64,000 bases of DNA. Origin: Phoronis australis. Taxonomy: Eukaryota > Animalia > Phoronida. The notes beneath the pieces are model-generated. The model did not search any database. It saw only the letters and a program-made list of their open reading frames with translations, and was not told where the DNA came from. The position numbers and the translations under genes are program-made. The stretch spans positions 30,344 to 94,343 of the forward strand of contig NMRA01000622.1 in NCBI GenBank assembly GCA_002633005.1, written 5' to 3'. Positions 39,701 through 54,700 of this stretch are shown piece by piece. Numbering within the stretch: position 1 is the first letter of the stretch; every line of letters begins with the position of its first letter.

Positions 39701-42700
39701 AGAAGAATCCCTGCAAATCCTCATGTAAAAGACTCTACAAACCCCTCATATATGAGAAGTCCCTACTAACCCCTCGTACAGGAGAAGTACCTACCAACCC
39801 CTCATACACAAGTCAATGCCAACTCCACAGATGAGAAAAGTACATAGATACCAACTCCTCATACAGAAGACCACCTTCAGTTGACAAGAAAAACTCCAAA
39901 CTAATGCTCATCTGAAGAGTGGAGAGAGTAATTAAGCATGCTTACTAATCTAACAACAGCCAGTACAAAGAGTTTACATTAACAAAGAAGAAAGAAGAAG
40001 AGCAGTGTGTTATAAGCACTCAGCAACAAGTTATCCCATGCACCATGGTCTGATATATTGTGCCCGAAATTTTGAGAAACAGTTTTTTCCACTAAATAAC
40101 GGGCATCAAACTGCCCCATGGATAGTCTTTGTAGGACTATTACTGAACGGACATGTGATTCTTTATCTTTTATTCATGATTACTTCCTCAAAGAAAATTA
40201 TGCAGCAACATTTCAGAAACAGCCGTACAGTTGCACACAGACGGTAACTATCAGTTACCACAACACCCAGGTTAGTATTGTCAAAAATAATCATTGTTCC
40301 ATTTAATGTACAGATGTCCAAAAGTTGTGCTGATGCTGGTCCTTTAACAAGGTTCTTTTAAAACACTCCGTTAAGCAAGTTCTTGTAATAAATATATAGC
40401 AATTGGTGATTTTGTCAAGCTAAAACTTTGAACGGAGTCATAAATATTCCAGGTCAAATTTGATTTTGAAAGGTTGGCATATTTCTGTGACAGTAGGTCT
40501 CCTCGTACAGTATAATGTACCAACTACCTTCATTATTCTAAAGTGACATTTTTACCCTTTCATCCACAAACTAAATCCTCGATTTTGAGCACTATAAATT
40601 ATGTGACTGCACTTTTCAAATGTTTTCCGTTTTCCTTCAAAACAATTACGTTCGCGTGCAAACAACTTGTGATAATTGAACAGCGTTTTCCAGTAAACCG
40701 CCCACTTGACTACAAGAAGTGCGAAGGCATGCATGCCAGAGAAATGAATGAAGTTCATTCTTCACCAAGCATATTCAGCCCGTTAACCCAATTTTTGTCC
40801 CAGTTAAATGATGTATTTCCCAACATAGATGGAAGGTCACACAGAGAGGCTCATTTTTGCATCAGTGCAAAAATTAAGCAAAGTTTGCTAATAGTAGAAA
40901 TTAGTCAAATTAATGTATGGGACATTGTGGAGTTTTTTGGGTCACATTAGTATTTTTTGTCTATCTTGATTCAATTGTTTTGGGAGGCAGCCATGTGTGA
41001 CTTTATTTGTAACCACAATATGTTATGATTCTTCACTTATTTCACACACTCAGCTCATATACAATTCTGAAAATTTATGCATGCTTGACACTCCAGAGCT
41101 CAGAGATGAGGCTTGAACATTGAGCCCTGAGCCAGTTGAGTTTGTGTACAATACAGGTAACAGCTCACGGAAGTTTTGGCAAGTTTACTATTCATGGTTT
41201 CAAATAAACAGATATCAAAGAATGTGATGAACTCATGCCAGTTGTCCAAATGCAGGGATTTGTGTGCAAAACAGGCTCTTGAGTTCACTTAGTCACTGCT
41301 GCACATACTTGCCTCCAAGAACCATAGAGAGAAGCCTTTAACATTTACAGCACATATGATTTTTTGTCCGACCAGATGGAAATTGGTCAACGACCAGTCG
41401 TCTAGCCAACCTGAGCAGCCAATCAGCAAGGGTCGGCCTGGAGCCTTCAGTAGAGTCGATCGTCAACTAGGTCAGCAAATTGGTCACCTAGCTCAGACGA
41501 CAAATTCAGAATGCGCATCTGAAGTCGGTAATTACCAGTTTATGACTTAACATCAGCGATGAAGTTTGGCCAAACAGGCATCGAACTGTTTGTTGTTAGT
41601 TCTCTAGTGGCCACTCTAATCTTAAACCCACAGTATCAATTTTCTCTCGACTACTTAACATATTTAAAACTGAACAAATTGCGTGAAATTAAAACAAAGT
41701 AAGTGTTTTTTGTGGAATTATTGACAGCGTGGTAAATCAAACGCCAAATAATCTCGCGGAAATATACTTTCGAACTCTAGCTTTGATGCATTTTTTAAGC
41801 ATAACAATTAAATCAAGAAACGTAAATGTTACAGTGAAATAAGTATAAAAATTCAAAAACAACGCTGACGTGTTACGACCGCAGATGTTTTCAAGCCAAG
41901 AAATGTCCTATGAGTAGCTTGCAATTGACCTATCGCAAGCTCCGCCCCTATGCGAAAAGTGATACCCGACATTCGAACGAGATGTCAGAGACAAATACAC
42001 TGTCGCTAAATGACGTTCCTGGTGGAATCGATGAGTGTTTTTGCACTATTTGAAAACGCTTTGACAGAGACAAGAGGCGATGCTTTTCAACAAAGAATCG
42101 TACGTTCATGATATGGGAATTTGTAAAGGTGACGATGAAAAAATAAGTGCTCGAGGAGCCAGCGAAAATCCGGAGAACCTCGGCCGCGGGGCTACCTTCA
42201 CCTGACAAATGACAAGGCCACTGATACGATATGTTCATGTAAAGCTGGGTATGTACCTTAAAGTCGAATTATCTGTACGATTCCATAGATTTCATGATCT
42301 TTCGAATAAAATCAGTGAAGATTCACCGATATTTTTATTCTGTCGTCTGCTAAATTTTGCCAAATGAAAAGTAGGTCACAACTGGTGGGACTCCTGGAGT
42401 AAAGTAGGTCATAGATTACAGACAACACATGCACTATATAGTGTCTGACTAGGTCGACTCGATAGCACTATTTACGCTTTTCTAATCTTGTAACGAAATA
42501 ATATATAAATATTTTGATCAAAAAATTCAGGTTCATAGCTCAGGTACACACACATCTCGTCCTGGCCAAACAGTTAGCTACGGTAGGTCTAGGGCTGTGT
42601 CTAAGTAAAATTAATGTCTGGAATTCAGTGGCGGATCTAGGATACCACAGGGGGGGGTCAACATATGTTGCCTCGTGGAATTGAGCAAAGTGCAATTGTA

Positions 42701-45700
42701 TGTGCACAGGCGGCCCGAAAGTTGCAAGGGCCAGGGATGTAGACCGTTGGACCTTCTGTTCAGAAAATCTATCGGTGGACTAAAAAATACAGGAACACGA
42801 TTCCGGCACGATCTGGGGTCTGAGAACCCCCCCTCTTCCGCTACCGGTCCTAGTTAGTGAACTCAATATTTCCTCACGCCCTTGCTGTTTCACTTTGCTT
42901 GCGGCAGCCAAGGGGGGGGGTTGGCCCCCCCCTAAATCCGCCTATGGAATTGTCCGTTTGCACCATTAAGACATTTAAAATAGGCCTACCTTCTTATGAA
43001 CTTGGCATTTTTTTTGTAGTTTCATGTAGGCATAAAGGTAGCTTTCATTTAATTTTGAAGGTAGCATGATCAATAAGTCGTGGTATGGTTACAAAAGATT
43101 ACAAGTCTGGTGTGGTAGTTGCAAAAATAGGGTATTTACAAAAATAACTCAAATTCTTTTTTAAAGCTTCATAAATCTAAATATCATGTTTGAACAACTT
43201 CAAAATGAGCTCTCTCTAACTATACAGACATAGTGTATACTAGAGGTACACGTCAAAAAGTAATTCAGCAGTTTTTTTGGTGACAACAGCTCGACCAAGG
43301 CTTTGAGTTCCGGCAGTAATCCAGTGCCCTTCCCTGTGCCGATCGAATCTCTGAATTTTGACCGGGAGAGAAGTTCAGTTGAACGCCAGCTTACGGTTTA
43401 TGAATAACACAAATTTACCTGATACGAAACAAAATAATGTCCATTGTGTTGAAATAAATAACAAAAAAACATAAAATAAAATGTCCTTGAAAACAACAAT
43501 TTCCGGGGACTACCGCTATGAGTGCTGAGATCCAGCAGGTGCACAGACAAAGGCGGCTAGACGTAGTCAACTCGGGAGTCAAAATCTGAGATAGCCCTTC
43601 ACCATAGTCACCAAGCTGAAAAGTGCGTATCTTGGAACTAATATATGTGTGTTTATAATAGCCTTCGAGTTATCAAGCAACATCGCTAAGTTCAGCTGCT
43701 TGTATGGCCGTACAGTTTGATCCGTAGTTTACGCTTTTCAATATCATTTTTCGGCTTAGGACATGCCAAAAAATGACGGCATATTATTCTGGAGCAGCAT
43801 AACGGCTGTCGGTGCTACACACATCATATAAAAACCATTTCCCAATTCTTAGCGGACAATTTCTTGAGCTATAGAACTATAGACTCGACTGCGTGTGGTT
43901 TGTCGGGTAAAATGGCGGCTTGGAAATGCAGACGAAGGTGTGCCAAGAATGCTGCGTTCTGATTGGCCAATTAAGCCGTCCGTCATAAATCCTGGCGATA
44001 GGTCAATTGTACCCATACAGTAGTTATGGCTTCTGATAACCACTTCATCACCAATTCACATCTTCCCAATGAAAATTGTTTCATGTGGAATTTGTAAATA
44101 TGCTGGTGATAGAAAAAAAGGTTCATTTTGGGAACAACCTCAATAACGGCGTGATCACTAATGCAGATTTTAACCTCATTGATGCAAGAAAACGTTGAAC
44201 GCAAAGCTAGGATTGGTTGTATCGTCAACCATGATCCGTCATTCTGTGTCTAAAGTTACTTTCCAAGTTCGTAAAAATCGTATCCATATTATTTTAAATA
44301 CAGCCTTCCGAGCCTGTGGGTGTAAACACAATATTGGGTGTTACACGTCTGTCTTTATTTCAAGGGGTTAATACCCTGAAAAATTATCTTCGGAATAATG
44401 GCTCTTTGGGGTTACAACTGATCCATCTAGACGAAAAAAATTCCAGGAGGTAATAATTGCGTTTTCAATGATGGTGTTAAAAATAAATCAGTGATTTTGG
44501 AAAAAATAACATCACGCCAAAGAGAAACGCATACAATAATCACTACAGCTAGCACACAGTTATCAGGGCGAATTTAGTTAGTCAGGGGGCGATTGGTTGA
44601 CAGTATTCATAACTTACTATTCTGAGAGCCCGATTTCAAGTTTCTTGATAGAAAATTTACAAAAACGTATCACTTTCTTCAACGTGTTACAGCAGCGGTA
44701 AATAATAAAATTTTGTTGCTTCGCTTTTATTTCCTTTACAAGTTGCCACTCTACTTTAGGTTTCGTTTTTCGTTTACGTTTTTAAGATGTAAGACATTAT
44801 GCACACGAAATATTCAAATGCAAAGTTGTAAAAATATGTACTAGGACGGTGAATCGTGAGGCACAAGTCAAAGCATCACAGAATTCGACAGTTTTTACGT
44901 GACTGTGTTGTGCAAATGTGTGATTACAAACACTACAGTCGCAGCACACCTGACGATTAGAATTAAATATATGCAACTGCTTGATGTTCACAATTCCTTA
45001 ACATCAGGCACGTGGAGTACAATGTTGGTAAAGAGCATAATAAGCCATATGTATTACCGCACTGAGCCACCAACACCAGGCATCTAAAAACACTAAATCT
45101 TTAAAAAAACAGTACAACTGCTTGGTCAATAGTCTGATATATTGTGCCCACTATTTTGAAAACCAATTTTATCCTCTGAATAATGGGCATTAAACTGGTT
45201 CTCAAAATGTAGGCATGTTATAAGGGAATAAACTTAAGGAGATAACCTGTCTAAGTCATGCCCATTATTCAGCAAAGTGTCTTTGTAATTGTAAATTTCA
45301 TGTAGATAAATGTACATATTCACGAGGAACAAAAGTTAGCTAACAATACATGTCATTACAAACATCTGTTGAGTGATTATTTTTGACCAGAGCGCTGCAA
45401 ATGCAGACTCTAGGCTGTTATAACTGACTGGTGGAGCATTTTAATACCTGTATTTTCTTTGTTCAAAAGACTGGCGTGATGGAACCAAATGACACAGTGA
45501 TGATTATTTGATTGTGTTTTATTTTCTTTTAATTGTCTGTAACAGGCCAACCATTACAAAAATGAACATAATAAGTTTTTCGCTGAAAACTTATGTTTTT
45601 GGTAGAAAAACTTAAAATTTGGAAAACAAAAAATTTGGTTTTTAACACAAACTTAAAGTTTTTAAAATTTAAGTTTTTCAATAAAAAGACTGTACCACCA

Positions 45701-48700
45701 TCTTAAGTTTTTCAGAGAACTTAAGTTTTTCAGAAAACTTATTAAGCTTTCCCAAATAAACTTAAATTTCAAGCATTAACATAAGTCTTTATGAAAACTT
45801 AATTTCTTCGTACTATCAAAACTTATTTTTTATATCTTAAGTTTTTCACAAATTTTAAGTTTTTCGAATTATAAAAACTTAAACAAACTTAAGATTTCTA
45901 GACTACTTACGTAAGTTGTTCGTGTATTTTGTACTACTAAGTCATGTAGATTGTCTTAGGAGTGAACCCAATGTTAAAACTCAACTTGAAAAACTGACCC
46001 ATTGCATGACATGCTTGTAGTTAACTTACACACTGTCTTGTACTTGAATCCTGGAGAGTGACTGGTTAAGTTTTGAGTCTGAGTTCAAAGTTTATATGCC
46101 AGTGAGTATACAAATTGTCAGATTAATGTTGTATNTTGCATTAGTAACTGGTCTTGGCTAATATTATCATTTTATGGCCTGGTCATCCATTCAGCCAAAA
46201 GTAGTTCCAGAGGTGGCTTATCAGCCAATTATTCATGCATGCTGACTCACAATAGAAGCCTGATAAGAGTGAAGGTGGATAAATGTGGTGTTCCTACAGT
46301 TTCTTGTTTTAGTGGATGTGTTCAGGACATGCACAATAAATATCCAACAAATTGTCATACACTGATGGCTTTTACACATCTGTTGTTAAATTTTGGTGTC
46401 TTTATTGCAGAGTGTGGCTTTACTTATCCTTGGATAAGGATGGCTACCCTGAGACAACACAACACAACATAGGCACTTATGAACTGCAGCTCATGAACCC
46501 GAGCTCAGCAATTATCTGATTTCAAAAAGACATGGGTTTGTAGTCACAAAACATGATTCATTTGCCTTATGAAGCTAAGAGACTAGATGCAGCTAAAGAA
46601 CATTAAATGACATGTGTTGAAGCATAGATAAATGTATAAAGTAGCTTTAGAATAAAAGAGAATAACTTTGTAAATCAAAAGTCATCATAGTTTTCTAATT
46701 TCCACCTCATACAACCAGACTGTACTAAGGTTTACCTTTTCTGAAACATGTTCGCGCCATATAATGTAAGAATTTGCTGTAAAGATTGCCAACAAAAATG
46801 AAACTATGACTTTTATTTATACTTTGAACTTACCAGTTGAAAATCATGTTAGTTTTCATGATTAAAAACTTAGATATTTCAGACCAAAATCAAGTTTTTC
46901 AATGAAAACTTATTAAGGTCATTTTTGTACGCGAAGGTGTGTATGAGTGTCAAATGCAAGAATTACAGAAAATTTTCGGACTGCTGGACTGAAGTTAAGC
47001 ATCGCCCTCTAGGGCAATTCATACAATAGAGCTCCAGAATACAAAATAGCTACAGGGCTATATTGATTTGGATATATGCTTGCATCCACTATTGTTATTT
47101 GACAACAGAAAACAAGAAATGTGGGACGAAAGAAAATAATGGCTTTGGTATGACTGAATAACTAATACTCTTGACTATCCATGGTCAAGTATGTCTTCAG
47201 AGTGCAGTCTCCTTTCATTTATTGCGAGAACACCTGTTTATCATTTTAGATAAAAAAACATCACCAAAAGCACAGCCAAATGTGATATTTCAATTACAAT
47301 ATATCAATATATGATCCAATATTAATCATTGAAAATTTGCTTTAGACCACCATAAACTTGTAGGCTAATGACGTGGACAAGTATCATCTTTAACGAATGA
47401 GAACCCACGGCAGATTTTAATAGTGATGCCCAAATGGAAAGATTAGAGAAACTTAGTTTCTAAGTTTAGCAGATGTATATACTTGACTTCAGTCTGGGAC
47501 CTGGTCAAGCTTCAGTGAACAAATATCGATTCGAAATATTTCCCATTAGTGGTTGGGCTAGATGACTACTGGTAAATCTCGATCCTGCATTTTTACAATA
47601 TGCAACACCCATATACCTAAGAGGGGTTTCATCACTCATCAGTTTTCATCAGCAGCCCTTCATTGTCATATTAGAGTCTGAGTGCAATATACCTATTATT
47701 CAAGACTAAAATGAATAGGGTAGCATTACCACACAATTTGACACTTAAGTTCAGCAATTGGAAAGCCTCAATGAAATAGCCTCCATGCAATGATGTGGGA
47801 GTGAGCTCCTCAAACTTTATAATTCCTAATTTGTAATTCCAGTAATATGACCATTACAGCAAAGTATGATCTTAGTTGGGAGCATGCAATATCTGATTAC
47901 AAGCACTTCAGCTGTTGTGCAAGTGTTGTACTGCCAAATTAGCCAGTCCTCATGTGGAGAATTTCTCACTTATGCATGGTGGTATTGATATTCATAGCCA
48001 ACCGAATGAATGTCCTTCAATTCCTAGAACCACCATAGTCTCGGGTATGTGGACCAAACACGCACCAAAGGCAAATTTCTTTAAACTTGTCGATTAAGTT
48101 AACGATTCGTTGTCCTGATTTCGGAAAAACAATTCCCACACCTTTTTATCACTGCCACGACGGTATTCTGCCTGTTGGTGAAAGAAAAAATGTCAGAAAT
48201 TCCTACAAGCAAAAATACTCAGTAATGCCTTCTTACCACAGTTATTGGTGGTGACCGTGAGGCACAGCTCCGCTTCCCCCCTTGCATTTTTAAAGATGTC
48301 AGTAAAACTGCGGTGCAAGGTAATAATTCCGATCAGAATGTTCGCACGTACGAGTTTCATGAGTGGCCTGTTTACGGTGATAAGACCATAGGCAGAATGG
48401 TGCTCTAATTCACATTTTATTTGCCAAGTGCAGTCTTGCATAACCAACTTAAAGCCACTGTTGCAATTGAAGGACCCTCATCTTGCTGCTGTTGCAAGTT
48501 GTTTTCCTGATAACTCTCCAGAGTCGGGAGACACACAGTACAAGTCACAGGAAGTTAAAGACAATGGCCAAGAACGAAACAAGTATGAGCATGCTGTCCT
48601 GAGAGTTTTGTTACAAGTATTACAACAAATCTGTTCTTGCTTTTTGGTGTCTGCTCAATTATGGAGGCCTGATCATTTCTTCAGAAGAGGCAGGCTGACG

Positions 48701-51700
48701 ACAAATACATCCGAGTTTTAATGGACTTTTACGGCAGCCCAAACGTCATTGGTGGGGAGAGGTGAGCCGGTGATACAGCCCGAAGATATGCTGCCAGAGT
48801 GTGCCTTGACACAACAACTTCAAGTCAGTTCATGTCCCTGAATGAGATGGCTACATACATCTACCAGCATAAGTTAAGGGTGCTTTCGCAAACATGTGGA
48901 AACTGATTGAAATTGGTTAAACATCAGTGAACTGTGAGCGTGGCCATTGAAACTGATACTCGGAGTTCACTATAGGCAACAAGATGCTACAATGTCTGAT
49001 GATCTTGACGATCAATGCGCTGCCATCTCAAGATTTCCCGTAAGAAACGGCAGTTAAGAAATGGAAGCAAGACCACAAACGGCGCGTTGTTTATTAAGTC
49101 GGACACTTGCCAGAGCATACTGCTATGGTGTCATTATCTGGTGTTTTATTCAACGACACAATCCCTCATAGTTGCAACTGGAAATAGTGTTGGTGTGGTA
49201 TCTGCTTATAGGATATCTCAAACCTTATTCACAAAAATTGGCCATTTTGGAATATTTCACATATCTACTAGATAGTTAACTTTTATCCATTTTGTACTTG
49301 GGTTTCATATCAGTTTCCCCGGTGCATGGTGTGTATAACAACCAACTCTTCTACTTTAAAATGGACCACAATACACCAGCTTGACCCACTAAATATGTTG
49401 GCTCCGCCTGCATGACCTTGTTGGACTTGATGCAATGTAGATCCACTTGGCTGATCAAAAGTTTTTGTGATAATTAAGTTAATGGTATGCACTGGAAATT
49501 CAGTTGACAATGCGCGTGAAAATCGAAATAATGAACGCGGCTAAGGGATGTATATTGACAAAAAACAAGTTTCACCGAATAATCACCAAATTTCTTGAAA
49601 TTTTCATGACGATTCACCACATAATCAGCCTTTTCTTGGCTCTGGCAAATTGACTTAATTTGAACTTAGGAACACAAGTTCTCGAAAACAGTTCAGTGGA
49701 TTTTTGCTAAATCTTTCCAAACTTGATATTCATTCAAAAACGCTGTTAGGATTTTCGATATAAGGCTTTATATTTTTTTGCGTAATGCAACAAAGACGAA
49801 AAAGACTTGTATTTTCTACAAATACCTTATATTTAGGGAGTTGATTTGTCATAGAAATCAAAAAAGTAGAAAATTCCTAACATTTTTGAGGTAACTGGTG
49901 AAATTTTCATTTAAAAAAGGTTTCATTAAAAGCGACCGAGGGTTTATTTTGCTATGAATGTGCCTTTCTTAAATATGAAATTTTGACTTAAAACGGAGTT
50001 CAACGGAATTAAAACAATGGCAATTATAACCATGTTTGAATTTCCTACTTTTCCTTTCAGAATATACATACTTTTCGCTAGTTGATAAAGCCTAGTTGTT
50101 TGATAAATGAGTTAGAATGGAGGCCACTAATTAAGGTTTGAGACAACCTTAAGGAAGTCTCAATCAGATGGCCAAAACCCTACACTTGCCAATGTTTTTG
50201 CTATATAATCTTGGAATGTAAGTTGATCTTTTTTTTTCATAAGGCAAACTTTATTCCTTGCAGTACATTATGTGCATAACATGAAAAACAAGAAGTTTGG
50301 TCCGTGTAACTGACAGTATTTTTATCATTTCCAGGGTTGGGAAAAGAGAAAGTATTTGGCTAAAAATTTTTGAAAGTAGCTAACTTTTCAGAATGCTTTA
50401 GCCATTTTGGCAAATACCGATACATGGATCAATAATTGTAAAATTTGCTCTGAGCAGTAGTAGTTTTTATTTAATACATTTTTACCTGTTATAAATTTAT
50501 ATCTAGATTTAACGAGTAGAGTGAATAATAGGTAAATTGTAGTTGGGAATTATCACATTTTAATTTGCAGTTGGCTGACAACTTCCAGTCTGTCCGTAGT
50601 TATAGCCAGGAGCATTCCCATTTTAAAGGAAAGACCTTAGCAGACAAAACTGCCCGCCTGTCCCTATTTATATTCAGCACTCCAACTGTAACAGAAAATC
50701 CTCAGCTGACAACTGCCAGTCCATCTCATTAGTTAGTCAGAAGCACCCCTATCGTAATGGAAAATCTTTAGCAAAGTGCTGCCTCTCCGTCTCAGAAGCC
50801 AGGAGCTCTAACGCTGTAACGGAAAGACTTAACAACTGACAAAATGCTTTTGCCTGTCTAAAGCTATAGCCAGCCTGTCTCAGTAGTTAAATGTAGTCAG
50901 GAGCTCTCTTGGTGTAATGGAAAGAACTGGCTGCAAGTAATTTGGGACGCTCCTCTACATTTTAATTGTTAAACGCATCGGTAATGATTGTCGATTTTGT
51001 CGCGGTTGGCCAATCCTGAAATTCATAAATGGCACGCAGGAAATTCCAATCAAAAATAAGTCATGCTACACAACAATGACCGTTACCCATGAGTACACAA
51101 TTGTTGGCCCCAGTTGACCTAATCACTGAGCTATAACATTCTATTAAATGCTACAAGATTAGTGTGTATTCCAGGAAGGAAGACAAAGGAAAATTCTTCT
51201 TGCCTTGGCTGGTGTGCAATGTTTACAACATTACTTACTGGCTCATTCAACACCACTTCTGGGTTTCTTGGATTTACTAACACTTTTTGAGACCTTAAAC
51301 TTTTATTGAGGATCCAAATATCTCTAAAGTGACCAAAATATAGGGAACAATGTTTTTTTAATTACTCAGAACATTAATGAGCCACCTCATCATACCCAAT
51401 GTTGCTAATTCACATGAACACCAGAAATAAAAAATAAGGAAATAACTTCATTTTTAATACTGGTAAATGCTTAAGCAAAAATGCTTAAGTACTTTTTCAT
51501 GTTTAATTTTGACCGCATTATGGGCTTGAAGGCTTAGAATTTTGGATATCGCTGTAAATCATGTCATTCACTCACAGGTGGCTGCAAATCATGTCATTCA
51601 CACACAACGGTCATTTTTGAAATTGACATGCAAGTTCAGTACAAACAAATTTTTGTGAACCTTCCTCGTAGTGCCAGGGTTCTTGGTCCTGCCAAAGAAG

Positions 51701-54700
51701 ATAATTATTTTATTACCCCACGTAATTTAGCGAATAGTTGAGCCCAGAGTGCACATCTTTCAAGGTTCTCATCATTAGTCAAACGTTGATGAAATAGCCA
51801 TCTTTATAATGCTTTAAATCACATACATGCAAATTTCTTCGAAATACTTCATTGAAGGACGCATCCGTACACTTAACGTGACATGCTGATAATTCTGTTA
51901 AAACAGTAAGATCACATCCCTTCTGGGCTTGTGACGTTAATGCAAATAAATATCAAAGCTGCAACACTGACCCCAACATTAGTGTACTTCATTTTGTTAA
52001 CTGTTCACTATACCTGCCCTCATCTTATCACAGGTAATTATTATTCATAGCCCCCAAGTACCTCCTTCATCAACAAAAAACATGATTTGTAGACATGCTG
52101 CTATGAAACTTGAATTGAAAACATATACAATCCCAAAATGCGTTTGAGAGGAGGCAGTGTGGCCTGGTTGATAAGTGCCCGCTTTCTTTATTCGAGGTCG
52201 TGGGTTCGAGTCCCACCAGGTCACACTGCTAAACCATTGAGCCAGGTTTCTAGCTCACCAGCTCGGTTTTATCCATATAATAAAGCATGAAAATATTTTC
52301 AGGTGATCAGTGCAATGGGCCAACATGTGAGGCCTGCGCATGTCTGGTAAGTGTATCAGACCGCCTGCAATTATTTTTTTATAAAAATGCATTTTTGGTC
52401 TCAGGAAACGTTGCTTGAACGAGCGCTTTAGAAGACATGCGTTTATATTTGGAAGTATGCCAAATTTTGCTTGGATATAATCAAAATACCGTAATCAATG
52501 GTTTTGCCTAAAGGTTATCTCAAACCTTATTTACTGACATCCATTCTACGTCAGATATCAAAAGACCAGGCTATCTAAAAGAGAAAAGTTTCTCAAATAA
52601 AATATTAGATTATAAAATACTCTTTATATTCATTTCTTGTTCTTCCTTTATTTGTACACATGGCCATCGGCCCAAAGTACAACACACAAGCAAACAAGAT
52701 CATTGGAGTGCTATGCACACTAGTCAGTAATACACAAGCTGTTCTGTTTTTTCGATGACGTGTAGTATACACATTTCACAACTGAGATATTGGGATAATA
52801 TAATAGTCTATGGAATTTATTTTGTTTTATATTTATGTGCCACTCTCATTATCACGTTACCGCATTTTTTAAGTCAAAATTTTATTCTTAAGAAAGGTAC
52901 AATTATCATAACAAAGAAACACCTTGGTCGCGTTAATGAAATCTTTTAAAAGCAAAATACAATTGGATATATGTTAATGAAACCCTTTTCAAATAAAAAC
53001 TTCACAATTTCCTACAAAAATGATGTTAGGAGTTTTCAATTACTGACATATAGTTTTGTTTCTATGACAAATCAACATGCAAACTGTTAAATAATTTAAT
53101 GTAAAATATAGCCAGTTGTATTCTAAAATAGGTGTTTCATAGGAAAGTGGTAGTGATGTTGATCAATCAATAATAAATTTGGAAAGTTTCAGCAACATTT
53201 ACTGAGAGCTCGCATTCCTAAGTTCAAAATAAGTTGATTTGCCGAAGCCGAGAAAACGCCGCAAATGTTACTAGTTGTAATTGAATCTCAAGATTTCTGA
53301 TTAATTATTCCATGAAAATTTGTTTTTAGTCAATACAACCTACACATGCTATTACGTTGTTAACTAACTCAACATTTACTCGTGATGTCAACTGAATTTG
53401 CAGTGCGTAATTAAGTTAATTATCACAAATTTCTTAAGTCGGTACAATGCCTCCAGTAAAACTAGGTCAGGGGAGGAATTTTAACAATTGACCTATTAAA
53501 ATAGGAGAAAAAATAAAAAGTGAGACAGTCTGATAAGAGCGGAGTAGTTGGGAAGTACGCTGTTGGTAACAGAAATTATTGGATTCTTTTACCAGGTGAA
53601 CTTTTTATTATTTTTATTTAATGAATGCATGTGAATACTATTATAACCGTTACAACCCGCGCTGTGGGACGAGTCTCCCCGATTTTGCTGAAGGGGGAAC
53701 TCGGGTTACAACCGTGTCGTTTTCAGTTTGGCAGTGTTTGCAAGAGGAGAAAGTTGCCAAACCAGTTTATGTAGTCCAGTGCTTCGTCTTCATTTAACCT
53801 TGCGTAATCTAGCAATTATACTGTATGTAAACAGTGTGCCTGACGCTATACGATATTTAAAAATACTAAATTCCAAACAACGTTCAACAAAAGTTGTAAA
53901 GAAGACGTGTTTTGCAAAAAACGCTATCACCAAAAAAAAAACCCAGAAAATCCCATGTCTTTCAAAGAAATTTTACATAATTGTCACCTTCTGATTCATT
54001 TGTGTGACTGTAAGCTTTGACCTCCTTGCTACCACACCATTGTGTACCAACACAATAGGCTTGTTCCTCAAGTTTAATTGAAGGTGATTCTAGATGAGAT
54101 GAGGATTTAGGAAATTTCTTGGTTTTGACAGTCCAGGGAAATGGTACATAAGGATTAAAGCTCAGAAACACACTCAGCTATGCCAATACATTCTGTGAAC
54201 TTTTCAACTACACTCTAACACTCAGAAACCAATTTCATAAAATACTGCAAAACATGATATAAGCAACCAGCATGTAGTTTGAAAGTTTGTCGAAAGTTGC
54301 TGAAAAGACGTCCAACTCAGAGAATAGAATATTCCCGGCATCCAGCCAGGTCCATGTGTCAGTGCATAATTATAAAGAATGACGGCCGTGTAACTGACCG
54401 GTTTGCTGACTAATTTTGCCAATAAATTATGGAATCATACCTCAAGAGTCTCGCTTGATGAACAAAATTGACAAAATGAAAATGAAGAAAATAATGAAAT
54501 AGGCTTGATTTGATAATCCCAAATAAGTCGAGTGGACAACTGGAACTTCAATTAAAAATCTTGCAGCCATTCCCATGAAATCTCAGGGTCTCAAGCTCTA
54601 ACACTAGAATACATGGGTCACATGTTGGAGTTGGCATTCCATTCCTCCAGTTCAATGCAATAATCTCTCTAACAATAATCACCAGTTAACCAAAGTCCCC

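Noticed and set aside
52148-52225. tRNA gene (also 34520-34600 and 34770-34850)
   Set aside because: A and B boxes are present, but acceptor/anticodon stems do not fold cleanly and the copies run into SINE-type bodies.
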